Below are positions 25,112-32,231 of a stretch of 40,000 nt of DNA, in pieces. Position 1 is the stretch's first letter, and every line of letters starts with the position of its first letter. Source of the stretch: Metallibacterium scheffleri (lineage in GTDB: Bacteria; Pseudomonadota; Gammaproteobacteria; Xanthomonadales; Rhodanobacteraceae); contig NZ_LDOS01000002.1 of NCBI RefSeq assembly GCF_002077135.1, positions 1,411,865-1,451,864 of the forward strand, in the 5' to 3' direction. Below the pieces are notes generated by a model. The model was not told the origin of the DNA. It worked only from the letters and a program-made list of their open reading frames with translations, and made no database searches. The position numbers were made by a program, and so were the translations under genes.

Positions 25112-25410
25112 GCCAGCGGCACTCCGGTGAGGCGCGCGATTTCGTGGATGGGTTGCGGACGGGTGCCCACCGCGCGCACCACGATGTCGATGCGCTGCTC
25201 GCCCAGCCGTTGCTGCAGCAGGCTCCACAGCCGTGCTTGCCGCTGCACCACCGAAGCACTGGTTTGCGCGGTTTCCAAATACAGGTCGATGTCACCACCG
25301 CGCTTGGCGTCGTCCACGCGCGAGCCGAACAGCCACACGCGCGCGTCCGCGCCGAAGACCTCGGCGGCGGCGCTGCGGATGATGGCGGCTTGTTCGGGGG
25401 TCAGGCGCAT
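25108..25410 (-). CDS. Minimal nucleotidyltransferase (MNT), type gamma
   Basis: Conserved N-terminus followed by YLETAQTSASVVQRQARLWSLLQQRLGEQRIDIVV... The ATG at 25410 is preferred over the upstream TTG. Confidence 0.8.
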   Translation of the reverse strand: MRLTPEQAAIIRSAAAEVFGADARVWLFGSRVDDAKRGGDIDLYLETAQTSASVVQRQARLWSLLQQRLGEQRIDIVVRAVGTRPQPIHEIARLTGVPLA

Positions 25411-25436
25411 GGGGCTGTTCAATGGGCTGCGGAGTG

Positions 25437-25525
25437 AGACTGAGATCCTGCGCTGCGCTCAGGATGACACGGCGGAAGCGCGGAGAAGCGCAGGTGTCTT
25501 TCGCTGCGCTCAGGATGACTGACCA
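25437..25525 (-). repeat. Two REP elements between hepT copy 2 and MNT-gamma
   Basis: GATCCTGCGCTGCGCTCAGGATGAC and TCTTTCGCTGCGCTCAGGATGAC. Confidence 0.7.
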
Positions 25526-25536
25526 TTTGCAGGTTG

Positions 25537-25950
25537 TCATTGGGCATGACGCATGGCCTCCAGCGCGAACGCGCCGAAATCATGCAGGTGCCGATGCACG
25601 ATGGTGTGCACGATCTGCCAATCGATGGCGCGGTAGCTGTGCACGGCCACGTTGCGGAAGCCGACCGCGCCGCGCAGGCGTTGCGCAAGCCCGGCGTCGA
25701 GCACGCCCGCGTCGGCGAGGCGCGCGAAGGCTTCGCCCATGGTTTGCGGCGCGGGCAGTCCGCTGGCGGCAATCCAGTGCGCTGCGATGTCTACGCACAA
25801 TTGCACGGCGCGCGTCAGATTCACGGCGACGATGTCTTGCGCGTCGATGTCACGCGCGAGGTCCTCGGCACGTGGCGGGCACTTGTCGTGGATGCGCTGC
25901 GTGCATAGCCGCAGCGATTCGACTTTCTGCTCGATCAGCGCCCGATCCAT
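25537..25950 (-). CDS. hepT: HepT (DUF86 HEPN RNase toxin), intact copy
   Basis: 137 aa; MDRALIEQKVESLRLC... with GFRNVAVHSY (the RNxxxH HEPN motif). Confidence 0.8.
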   Translation of the reverse strand: MDRALIEQKVESLRLCTQRIHDKCPPRAEDLARDIDAQDIVAVNLTRAVQLCVDIAAHWIAASGLPAPQTMGEAFARLADAGVLDAGLAQRLRGAVGFRNVAVHSYRAIDWQIVHTIVHRHLHDFGAFALEAMRHAQ

Positions 25951-26360
25951 CGCCGCCTCCGCGCGTCGAGGATGCGCCGCTGCAGCGGCACGAAGTCGGC
26001 CACATCGGTCAGGTGGCGGCTGAGCAGCGCGCCATGCCGGGTGCTGTCGCCCAGCACGCGCACGCCGTGGCTGAGGATTTGCCCGAGCAACGGCTCGCCG
26101 GCAGCGGCCAGGTCGATCAGATCCACCGGGCGGCCGGTGGCCATGGCCAGATCGCTGATCAGGGCGATGATCTCGTCGGCGTGCAGCGGTCGATCGGCGC
26201 CCACGGCCAGATCGAGGTCGCTGTCGGGCCGCGCCGTGCCGCGCGCCAGCGATCCGAACAACATCGCGAAGTTCACCTGCGGGTGCCGCGCCAGCACGGC
26301 GCGCAGTTGGCTGGCCAGCGGCTCGGGCGCGATGGGGGTGGGCTGCGCGGTCATGTTCAC
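25935..26360 (-). CDS. mntA: MntA-type nucleotidyltransferase antitoxin, copy 2
   Basis: 141 aa. Three differences from copy 1 by eye. Confidence 0.8.
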   Translation of the reverse strand: MNMTAQPTPIAPEPLASQLRAVLARHPQVNFAMLFGSLARGTARPDSDLDLAVGADRPLHADEIIALISDLAMATGRPVDLIDLAAAGEPLLGQILSHGVRVLGDSTRHGALLSRHLTDVADFVPLQRRILDARRRRWIGR

Positions 26361-26656
26361 GGCTCGATCCCGGTTTCATGGGCGATACGCACGCTGGCGC
26401 GGGTGTCGCCGGGGTGCTGGATGACGACATCGATCTTGCGCTCGCCGAGGCTTTCCTCGAGCTTGCCGAGAAAGCGCACCTTGCGCATGAAAGTCTCGAC
26501 GGCGGGCAGTTGCGCGGCTTCGATCAGCAGGTCGATGTCGCCGCCGCGCTTGGCGTCGTCCACGCGCGAGCCGAACAGCCACACGCGCGCGTCGCTGCCG
26601 AAGACCTCGGCGGCGGCGCTGCGGATGATGGCGGCTTGTTCGGGGGTCAGGCGCAT
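26357..26656 (-). CDS. Minimal nucleotidyltransferase (MNT), type beta, copy 2
   Basis: ATG at 26656. About 6 aa differences from 23530..23829. Confidence 0.8.
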   Translation of the reverse strand: MRLTPEQAAIIRSAAAEVFGSDARVWLFGSRVDDAKRGGDIDLLIEAAQLPAVETFMRKVRFLGKLEESLGERKIDVVIQHPGDTRASVRIAHETGIEP

Positions 26657-26683
26657 GGGCTGGTTCAATGGGCGGCGGCGTGT

Positions 26684-26715
26684 AACCGGGATCCTTCGTT
26701 GCGCTCAGGATGACA
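26684..26715 (-). repeat. REP element between the intron 3' end and MNT-beta copy 2
   Basis: GGATCCTTCGTTGCGCTCAGGATGACAG. Confidence 0.65.
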
Positions 26716-26795
26716 GGGAACCTGAGGTGCGATGCGGCTGCATGTCAACTCGAATCCGATAGGGGTCGGGAAGGCTCATCACCTCCCCGCCCTCC

Positions 26796-26828
26796 GAACC
26801 GTGCGTGCGGTTCTCCCGCACACGGCTC
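26796..26828 (-). ncRNA. Group II intron domain V
   Basis: The reverse complement is identical to 1222..1254. Confidence 0.8.
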
Positions 26829-26845
26829 TCCAGTGGGTGGTTGCT

Positions 26846-28177
26846 TCATCGAGATCGGCACGCCAAGGCATGGGCTTGGGTTAACGTGAAAAGCCCCTGC
26901 TGAGCGAAGTAGCTATTGGGCCAGCGCTGATGGTCCTCGCGGGTGTGACCGTGCCCACGCCGACCCTCGTATGCACGAAGGATAGAGCGCAGACGCCGGC
27001 GGATAAACCCGTCGAGCTTGCTGAAAGTGATCCGGTGGGCATGCCTGAAGTACTGGTACCAGCCCCGCAGCATCGGGTTGATCTGGCTGATGATGCTCGC
27101 CAGCGAACGCCCCTTGGTACGCGGCGTGTGCTGTCGAATTTTGTCCAGCATCGCGTTCCAGCTCTTCGTGCGTACCCGGCGTTGACCGGCCTCGAACCGA
27201 TAGCCCAGAAACTCGAACCCGCGGCCTACCTGTCGGCAGTCGCCGACGTGGGTCTTGTCCGGGTGCAAGGTCAGCTCGTGGGCGTCCACCCACGTGCCAA
27301 TCTCGGCCAGCGCACGTTGCGCCTCATCCGCGGTCTGACACAGCACCACGAAGTCATCGGCATAACGCACCATCCGATAGCCGCCTGCGGCCATCGTCTC
27401 GTCGAGCCCATGCAGGTAGATATTGGACAACAGCGGACTGATCACCGCACCCTGCGGCGTACCGCCCGTGGGGATCCAGCGTTCCAGTCCCGCCATCACT
27501 TCCTGCTTGAGCCACGATTCCAGCAAGCGCAGTACGCGGCCATCCGCGATCTGCTCGCGCACCCGCGCCATCAGACCGGCGTGCGGAATGCTGTCAAAGT
27601 AGCCGGCAAGGTCGGCATCCACCACATGGCAATACCCCGCCCGCAGCAGTGCATCCACCTCCCGCAGCGCACGCTTGGCACCGCGGCCGGGCCGAAACCC
27701 GTAGCTGTGTGCGCAAAAGATCGACTCGAAGATCGGCTCAATCACCAGCCGTACCGCCGTTTGCACCACGCGATCCTTCACCGTCGGTATCCCCAGTGGA
27801 CGGGTTTGGCCCCGCCCTTTGGGAATCTCGACCCGCCTGATCGCTTGGGGCCGGTACGTGTCACTGCGCAGCGCCCTCGCCAGCTCGTCGAGGTAGCGCT
27901 CGGCATGGGCCGCGAACGCGTCCACACTTTGACGATCCACCCCGGCCGCTCCGCAATTGCGCACCACCCGTCCCCACGCCGCTTGCAGCGTCGCCGGACG
28001 CATCACCTTGTCCATCAGGCTGAACCATTTTCCTCCCTTCACGCCGTTGTCCAGCGCTGCCAACATTCGGTCCGTCCATACCGAGGCTTCCACCCAACTC
28101 CAATCGCGAGTCTGGGTATCTTCATCGTGCTTAGCCGTTACCGGCACTTGCGATGAGTTTGCGTGCATCGTTCTCAA
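26846..28177 (-). CDS. Group II intron-encoded reverse transcriptase/maturase
   Basis: 443 aa. RT blocks include [14 protein letters not shown] and YADDFVV. Maturase X domain with RGWYQYF. No HNH/En extension. Confidence 0.9.
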   Translation of the reverse strand: MRTMHANSSQVPVTAKHDEDTQTRDWSWVEASVWTDRMLAALDNGVKGGKWFSLMDKVMRPATLQAAWGRVVRNCGAAGVDRQSVDAFAAHAERYLDELARALRSDTYRPQAIRRVEIPKGRGQTRPLGIPTVKDRVVQTAVRLVIEPIFESIFCAHSYGFRPGRGAKRALREVDALLRAGYCHVVDADLAGYFDSIPHAGLMARVREQIADGRVLRLLESWLKQEVMAGLERWIPTGGTPQGAVISPLLSNIYLHGLDETMAAGGYRMVRYADDFVVLCQTADEAQRALAEIGTWVDAHELTLHPDKTHVGDCRQVGRGFEFLGYRFEAGQRRVRTKSWNAMLDKIRQHTPRTKGRSLASIISQINPMLRGWYQYFRHAHRITFSKLDGFIRRRLRSILRAYEGRRGHGHTREDHQRWPNSYFAQQGLFTLTQAHALACRSR

Positions 28178-28604
28178 CCTCCCGAATCCACCTTCCTGCC
28201 TCCCTTCCCTCCACGCGGTTTTGCTAGCCGCGCTTCGCGGACCTCAACTCAAGATCCTGCGGTACTACGAAGGCTCTGACTCCCGCACCCGTTCACATCG
28301 GGCGCGGGTCTCCCCGCTTACTGCATCGCACCTTCCCAATGTTCCGTCCCCAACCACACGGTGTGCCCGATCATCGCTTTGACAGCCACCTCAGCGTGAT
28401 CGGTGAGTTCCAGGCTTCGCCATGAATGAGCAGGCTCGCCGCAACACCCCGCCGAAACGGGTTCGCTTTACTACGGACCATCAGTTCGCTTCCGGTTGCT
28501 CTCCACCCCGCCTCTCAGCGACGCAGTTACCTTCAACTACAGGGCCTGTGGCTTGCCCCGACGCGGATTTGCACCGCGCTGATACGATGCCCTCACGGGC
28601 GCAC

Positions 28605-28812
28605 TCATTCCCGCGAAGGCGGGAATCCAGTGACACTTGCGGACTGGATGACCAGCTTCGCTGTTGGTGAAGCGCCTCCCGCCTGCGCGGGGATGACGAG
28701 GCGAAAGCGCGGGATGGCAGTTTTCAGTTGTCATGCTGAGGCCGACGGCCGAAGCATCTCGCCTTGGGGCGTGGCGATGACGCGAAAAGCGAGATCCTTC
28801 GCTGCGGTCACT
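28605..28812 (-). repeat. REP-rich tract upstream of the intron, including the target hairpin
   Basis: On the minus strand, CACTGGATTCCCGCCTTCGCGGGAATGA lies immediately 5' of the intron GTGCG. A second CCCGCCTGCGCGGGG hairpin lies at ~28672..28697, along with two GATCCTTCGCTGCG-type REPs. Confidence 0.7.
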
Positions 28813-28932
28813 CTCCAGGGCCGGCAAATCGGGCGCCGGCTGGCGACGCCAGTCCGCAACTGACTCGGTGAGTACGCGGGCGTGCTGGTCGGCTTCCCAG
28901 GCAGCGGCAGCAAGTCGGTTGTGCGCGATCAT
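28810..28932 (-). pseudogene. HEPN partner (type 3) of MNT-delta, truncated after ~40 codons
   Basis: ATGA-coupled start. MIAHNRLAAAAWEADQHARVLTESVADWRRQPAPDLPALE, then only REP-derived sequence. No R-x4-H motif remains. Confidence 0.5.
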
Positions 28933-29246
28933 GCGTCCACCATCAGGATGCCGTGGCGCTGGGCCTCGGCCACCACGGGGCGTGGATCGGGCTCGCCCTG
29001 CGCGGTGATCACCATATCGATGCGCTGCTCGCCAAGGCTGCGATACAGGCGTGCGGCATAACGTGTGCGACGCCGCACCAGCTCGGCAGGCGCGAGCCGA
29101 TCACGGGTTTCGATCAGCAGATCGATGTCGCCGCCGCGCCTGGCGTCGTCCACGCGCGAGCCGAACAGCCACACGCGCGCGTCCGTGCCGAAGACCTCGG
29201 CGGCGGCGCTGCGGATGATGGCGGCTTGTTCGGGGGTCAGGCGCAT
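28929..29246 (-). CDS. Minimal nucleotidyltransferase (MNT), type delta
   Basis: Conserved N-terminus followed by IETRDRLAPAELVRRRTRYAARLYRSLGEQRIDMVI... Confidence 0.8.
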   Translation of the reverse strand: MRLTPEQAAIIRSAAAEVFGTDARVWLFGSRVDDARRGGDIDLLIETRDRLAPAELVRRRTRYAARLYRSLGEQRIDMVITAQGEPDPRPVVAEAQRHGILMVDA

Positions 29247-29250
29247 GGGG

Positions 29251-29739
29251 TCAGTGCTCCTCGATCAGGCCGCGACGCGTGAGATCGGCCAGCAGGGCGC
29301 GCGCGGCCCTGGCAAGTATGTGCAGATGCGCGTGCGCCGTCTGCAGTGCATCGGCCAGTATGGCCGGGTCTTCGATGTAGTCGTGCACCATGCGATTGCG
29401 CAATTGGCGCAGCGCCATCCAGTGCTCGGCAGACTCGATGATGCGCCAGCGTTCGGCACGATCGAGGTTGTCCGTCATCGGCCCGACAGGCTCACCGAGC
29501 GCGGCGAGCCATGCCGGCAGCAGCTTGTCGCCAACCGTATCCTGCAGGCGGCCGAAACGGCTGACGAAGGCATCCACGCGCTCGGCCAAGTCGGCATCCT
29601 GGCGTAGTGCAAGTGCTTGCACGGGCGTGAAGGGCACGGCGAACAGTCGCTGATCGGTGGCCTCGGCGTGCGCGACCTCGCGCGCCACGACACGCGCGAG
29701 GAATTGCAAACGTTGCCGCAAATCCGCGGGTGTATTCAC
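29251..29739 (-). CDS. HEPN-domain protein, HI0074-like (partner type 4)
   Basis: GTGA-coupled start at 29739. LRQLRNRMVHDY motif. Confidence 0.7.
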   Translation of the reverse strand: MNTPADLRQRLQFLARVVAREVAHAEATDQRLFAVPFTPVQALALRQDADLAERVDAFVSRFGRLQDTVGDKLLPAWLAALGEPVGPMTDNLDRAERWRIIESAEHWMALRQLRNRMVHDYIEDPAILADALQTAHAHLHILARAARALLADLTRRGLIEEH

Positions 29740-30035
29740 AAGCTCACCCCCTGGCTTCTGGCGATATCGTGAATGGGCAGGCGCAGCAGATCCGGCGCTA
29801 ACAGCAACACATCCACTTTGCGTCCATGCAGGCCGCGTTGCACGCGTGCAGCCATGCGCGCGGCGCTGAACGCAGGGTTGGCAATGGGCTGGTCGCATTC
29901 GATCAGCAGGTCGATGTCGCCGCCGCGCTTGGCGTCGTCCACGCGCGAGCCGAACAGCCACACGCGCGCATCGCTGCCGAACACCTCGGCGGCGGCGCTG
30001 CGGATGATGGCGGCTTGTTCGGGAGTCAGGCGCAT
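29736..30035 (-). CDS. Minimal nucleotidyltransferase (MNT), type epsilon (first gene of the array)
   Basis: Conserved N-terminus followed by IECDQPIANPAFSAARMAARVQRGLHGRKVDVLLL... Confidence 0.8.
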   Translation of the reverse strand: MRLTPEQAAIIRSAAAEVFGSDARVWLFGSRVDDAKRGGDIDLLIECDQPIANPAFSAARMAARVQRGLHGRKVDVLLLAPDLLRLPIHDIARSQGVSL

Positions 30036-30043
30036 GGGTCTGT

Positions 30044-31564
30044 TCAATGGGCTGCGGAATGAGGCCAGGATCCTGCGCCGCGCCCGGCACCCACAATCGT
30101 TTCCAGGCGATGCCTCGATTCCCGTCCTCTGGAGCTTAGATCGACCTTGCCGCCGCGCGCCAACCAGGCGCACAGTATCGCCAGCGTGGCCTCCAGCGCC
30201 AGCGTGCGCAGCGCGTAATCGACCGTGGCGTGCAGCAGCAGCACCAGCACGCCCGCGGCCGCGGCGCGCGCGATCAGCGCGGACAGCGTGGCGTTGCCAG
30301 CGGATGGATCGTCAGCGATCGGCGCGCGCCACGCACGCAGGCTGCGCCACGCCCATCCACCCACGAAGGCCAGCATCAGCAGCAGCGCGGGGATGCCACC
30401 TTCCAGCCACAGCTCGAGGTAGTCGTCGTGGGCGTGGTTGACGTAGGGCGGGATCAGCGTGGCGCGCGCCTGGAACTGCGGCAGCACATGCACGAAGCTG
30501 CCGATGCCGCTACCCAGAAAGCCATAGTGTTGGGCGGCGATCCAGGTGGTGCGCATGATCCACCAGCGCGCATCCTCGAACGGGTCCTGATGCAAGCGCG
30601 CCAGCACCGCGTACAGGCCCCACTGCAGCGCCAGCATGGCGATGACCAGCAACGCCAGCGCCATGCGCCGTACCAGCCGCGGCTTGACCTGGCCGGCGCG
30701 CCAGGCCAGCACCACGATGGCGACCAGGGTCAACGCGCCCAGCGCCACGCCGGCGCGCGATTGCGTCAGCAGCAGCGCCACCAGCAGGGTCGCCAGCGTG
30801 ACCCACCACGCCGCCATGACCAGCATGCGACGCGCCGCGCGCGCACCCGGCTGCAGCCACAGCGCGATCAGCCAGGCGGCGCTCAGCAGCATGCCGATGT
30901 TGAGCAGGTCGGCGAAATGATCGCGATTGGCGAAGAAGCCCTCGGCGCTGGTGCGCTGGGTGTAGGCGAACAGCCGCAACGGGCTGTCCGGCCCACCCGC
31001 CACCTGCGCGAAACCCAGCAGCGCGCCGGCCAGCGCCAGCAGCGGGATCAGCAGGGTGAGGCGCAGCAATTCGCGCCGCGAGAGCGTGAGCGCGGCCAGG
31101 AACAGGGCCGCCGCCGGCAGCATGGCCAGCCACGCACGCCAGGTGCCGGCCGGATCGAGGCTGAGCGGCGCCCAGTGCGGCGCGATGCCGACGCTGGCCT
31201 GGTCCGCGGCCAGCGCGGCGCGACCGGGCAACGCGGTCCACAGAGCGGGCGGCAACGGCAGCAACTGCAGCAGGGGCAACAGCAGCACCGCCAGCAGCAG
31301 GATGCATTCGGCGCGATGGTCACGCAGCAGGTGCGCGGGCCACGCCGCCACCAGCAGCACCGCCAGCAACAGACCCAGCGCGATGACGATGGCGTCGCCG
31401 GGCAGGCCTTGCATGGTGCCGCCGCCGAGCAGCAGGGCCGCGGCCAGCACCAGCATGGCGCAGGCTGCGATCAGCCGCTGCGGCCAGGATCGGGCGTGAT
31501 CGGAGTGCGCGGTGGTTGAAACGAACGCGGCCCGGCGCAAGGCCGGGCCGGGGATCGTGACCAT
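30044..31564 (-). CDS. O-antigen ligase-like (Wzy_C/WaaL-family) polytopic membrane protein
   Basis: 506 aa with many TM segments and an LLTQSRAGVALGAL-type loop motif. The last ~15 codons run into the conserved MNT leader and REP sequence. Confidence 0.6.
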   Translation of the reverse strand: MVTIPGPALRRAAFVSTTAHSDHARSWPQRLIAACAMLVLAAALLLGGGTMQGLPGDAIVIALGLLLAVLLVAAWPAHLLRDHRAECILLLAVLLLPLLQLLPLPPALWTALPGRAALAADQASVGIAPHWAPLSLDPAGTWRAWLAMLPAAALFLAALTLSRRELLRLTLLIPLLALAGALLGFAQVAGGPDSPLRLFAYTQRTSAEGFFANRDHFADLLNIGMLLSAAWLIALWLQPGARAARRMLVMAAWWVTLATLLVALLLTQSRAGVALGALTLVAIVVLAWRAGQVKPRLVRRMALALLVIAMLALQWGLYAVLARLHQDPFEDARWWIMRTTWIAAQHYGFLGSGIGSFVHVLPQFQARATLIPPYVNHAHDDYLELWLEGGIPALLLMLAFVGGWAWRSLRAWRAPIADDPSAGNATLSALIARAAAAGVLVLLLHATVDYALRTLALEATLAILCAWLARGGKVDLSSRGRESRHRLETIVGAGRGAGSWPHSAAH

Positions 31565-31573
31565 GCGCCCGAC

Positions 31574-31996
31574 TCAGGGGCTGATGGGGTTGCTATTGCT
31601 GCTGCTGCCACCGCCGCCCGCGACCAGGGCCGCGAGCACCACCACGCCACCGACGGCGATCAATGGGGTGTAGTTGGTGCCGGAGGACGCTGCGTCCGAT
31701 CCGCCGGCCGCCGCCAGGATGGGCTGGCAATCGGGAGTCACGGTGAAGGTACTGTTGGGCGCGAGCGTCATGCTGCAGCCGCTGCCGTAATCGAGCATGA
31801 CTTGCGAGCCCGGCATCACCATCACGCGATCGCCGACGCTGAGCGGCATGCCGGTCTTGGCCGGAAGGAACTTCTGGCCCTGGTTGACCATGACCTTGCC
31901 TTCGACCTTGTAGATCATGGCCACGGGGTTGGCCTGCGCGACGCCGACCACGCCGAGTGCGAGCGCGGTTGCCAACAAGATGCGGTGGACTTTCAT
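31574..31996 (-). CDS. Small secreted/anchored protein of unknown function
   Basis: Signal peptide MKVHRILLATALALGVVGVAQA. C-terminal hydrophobic segment followed by a GGGGSSSNSN tail. Confidence 0.5.
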   Translation of the reverse strand: MKVHRILLATALALGVVGVAQANPVAMIYKVEGKVMVNQGQKFLPAKTGMPLSVGDRVMVMPGSQVMLDYGSGCSMTLAPNSTFTVTPDCQPILAAAGGSDAASSGTNYTPLIAVGGVVVLAALVAGGGGSSSNSNPISP

Positions 31997-32231
31997 GGCG
32001 ATCTCCCTGCATGAAGGTGGAGCATGGGCGCAGCCCAAGCTCTCGCGCGCAGCTTACTGCCGCTTGCTTGGGCGGTGCAACCGCCGCTGCGACTGGCCTC
32101 GAGCCGGGACCGGTCGCGTTTCGGCGCGCATCGTCCGACCTGCGCGCGCCGCCCAGCGAACCGCCCGGAGTGGTCCGCGTGCGCCGAGGTCGGATCAGCC
32201 GCAGTGACCACACGCTGTCGGCAACTTCGTT

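Larger units (their letters stand above)
26759..28604 (-). mobile_element. Full-length bacterial group II intron (class-C-like, no endonuclease domain), ~1.85 kb
   Basis: 5' end GTGCGCCCG (complement of 28596..28604). RT/maturase ORF present. Domain V at 26796..28628-side coordinates 26796..26828. 3' end ...CCCCTAT shared with the truncated copy, and flanking sequences diverge right after it. Confidence 0.85.

Noticed and set aside
134-28604. Diversity-generating retroelement (RT plus constant/variable repeats)
   Set aside because: Both RT copies are bona fide group II intron RTs, with maturase X domain, domain V/VI RNA and GTGCG...AT ends. The variable halves of the MNT genes are unrelated sequences, not adenine-specific variants of a template repeat.
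21868-30035. CRISPR-like reading of the regularly spaced ~135-bp direct repeats
   Set aside because: The repeats are the coding 5' ends of the NTase genes. They are far longer than CRISPR repeats, and the 'spacers' are 650-1250-bp gene-containing segments. No cas genes are present.
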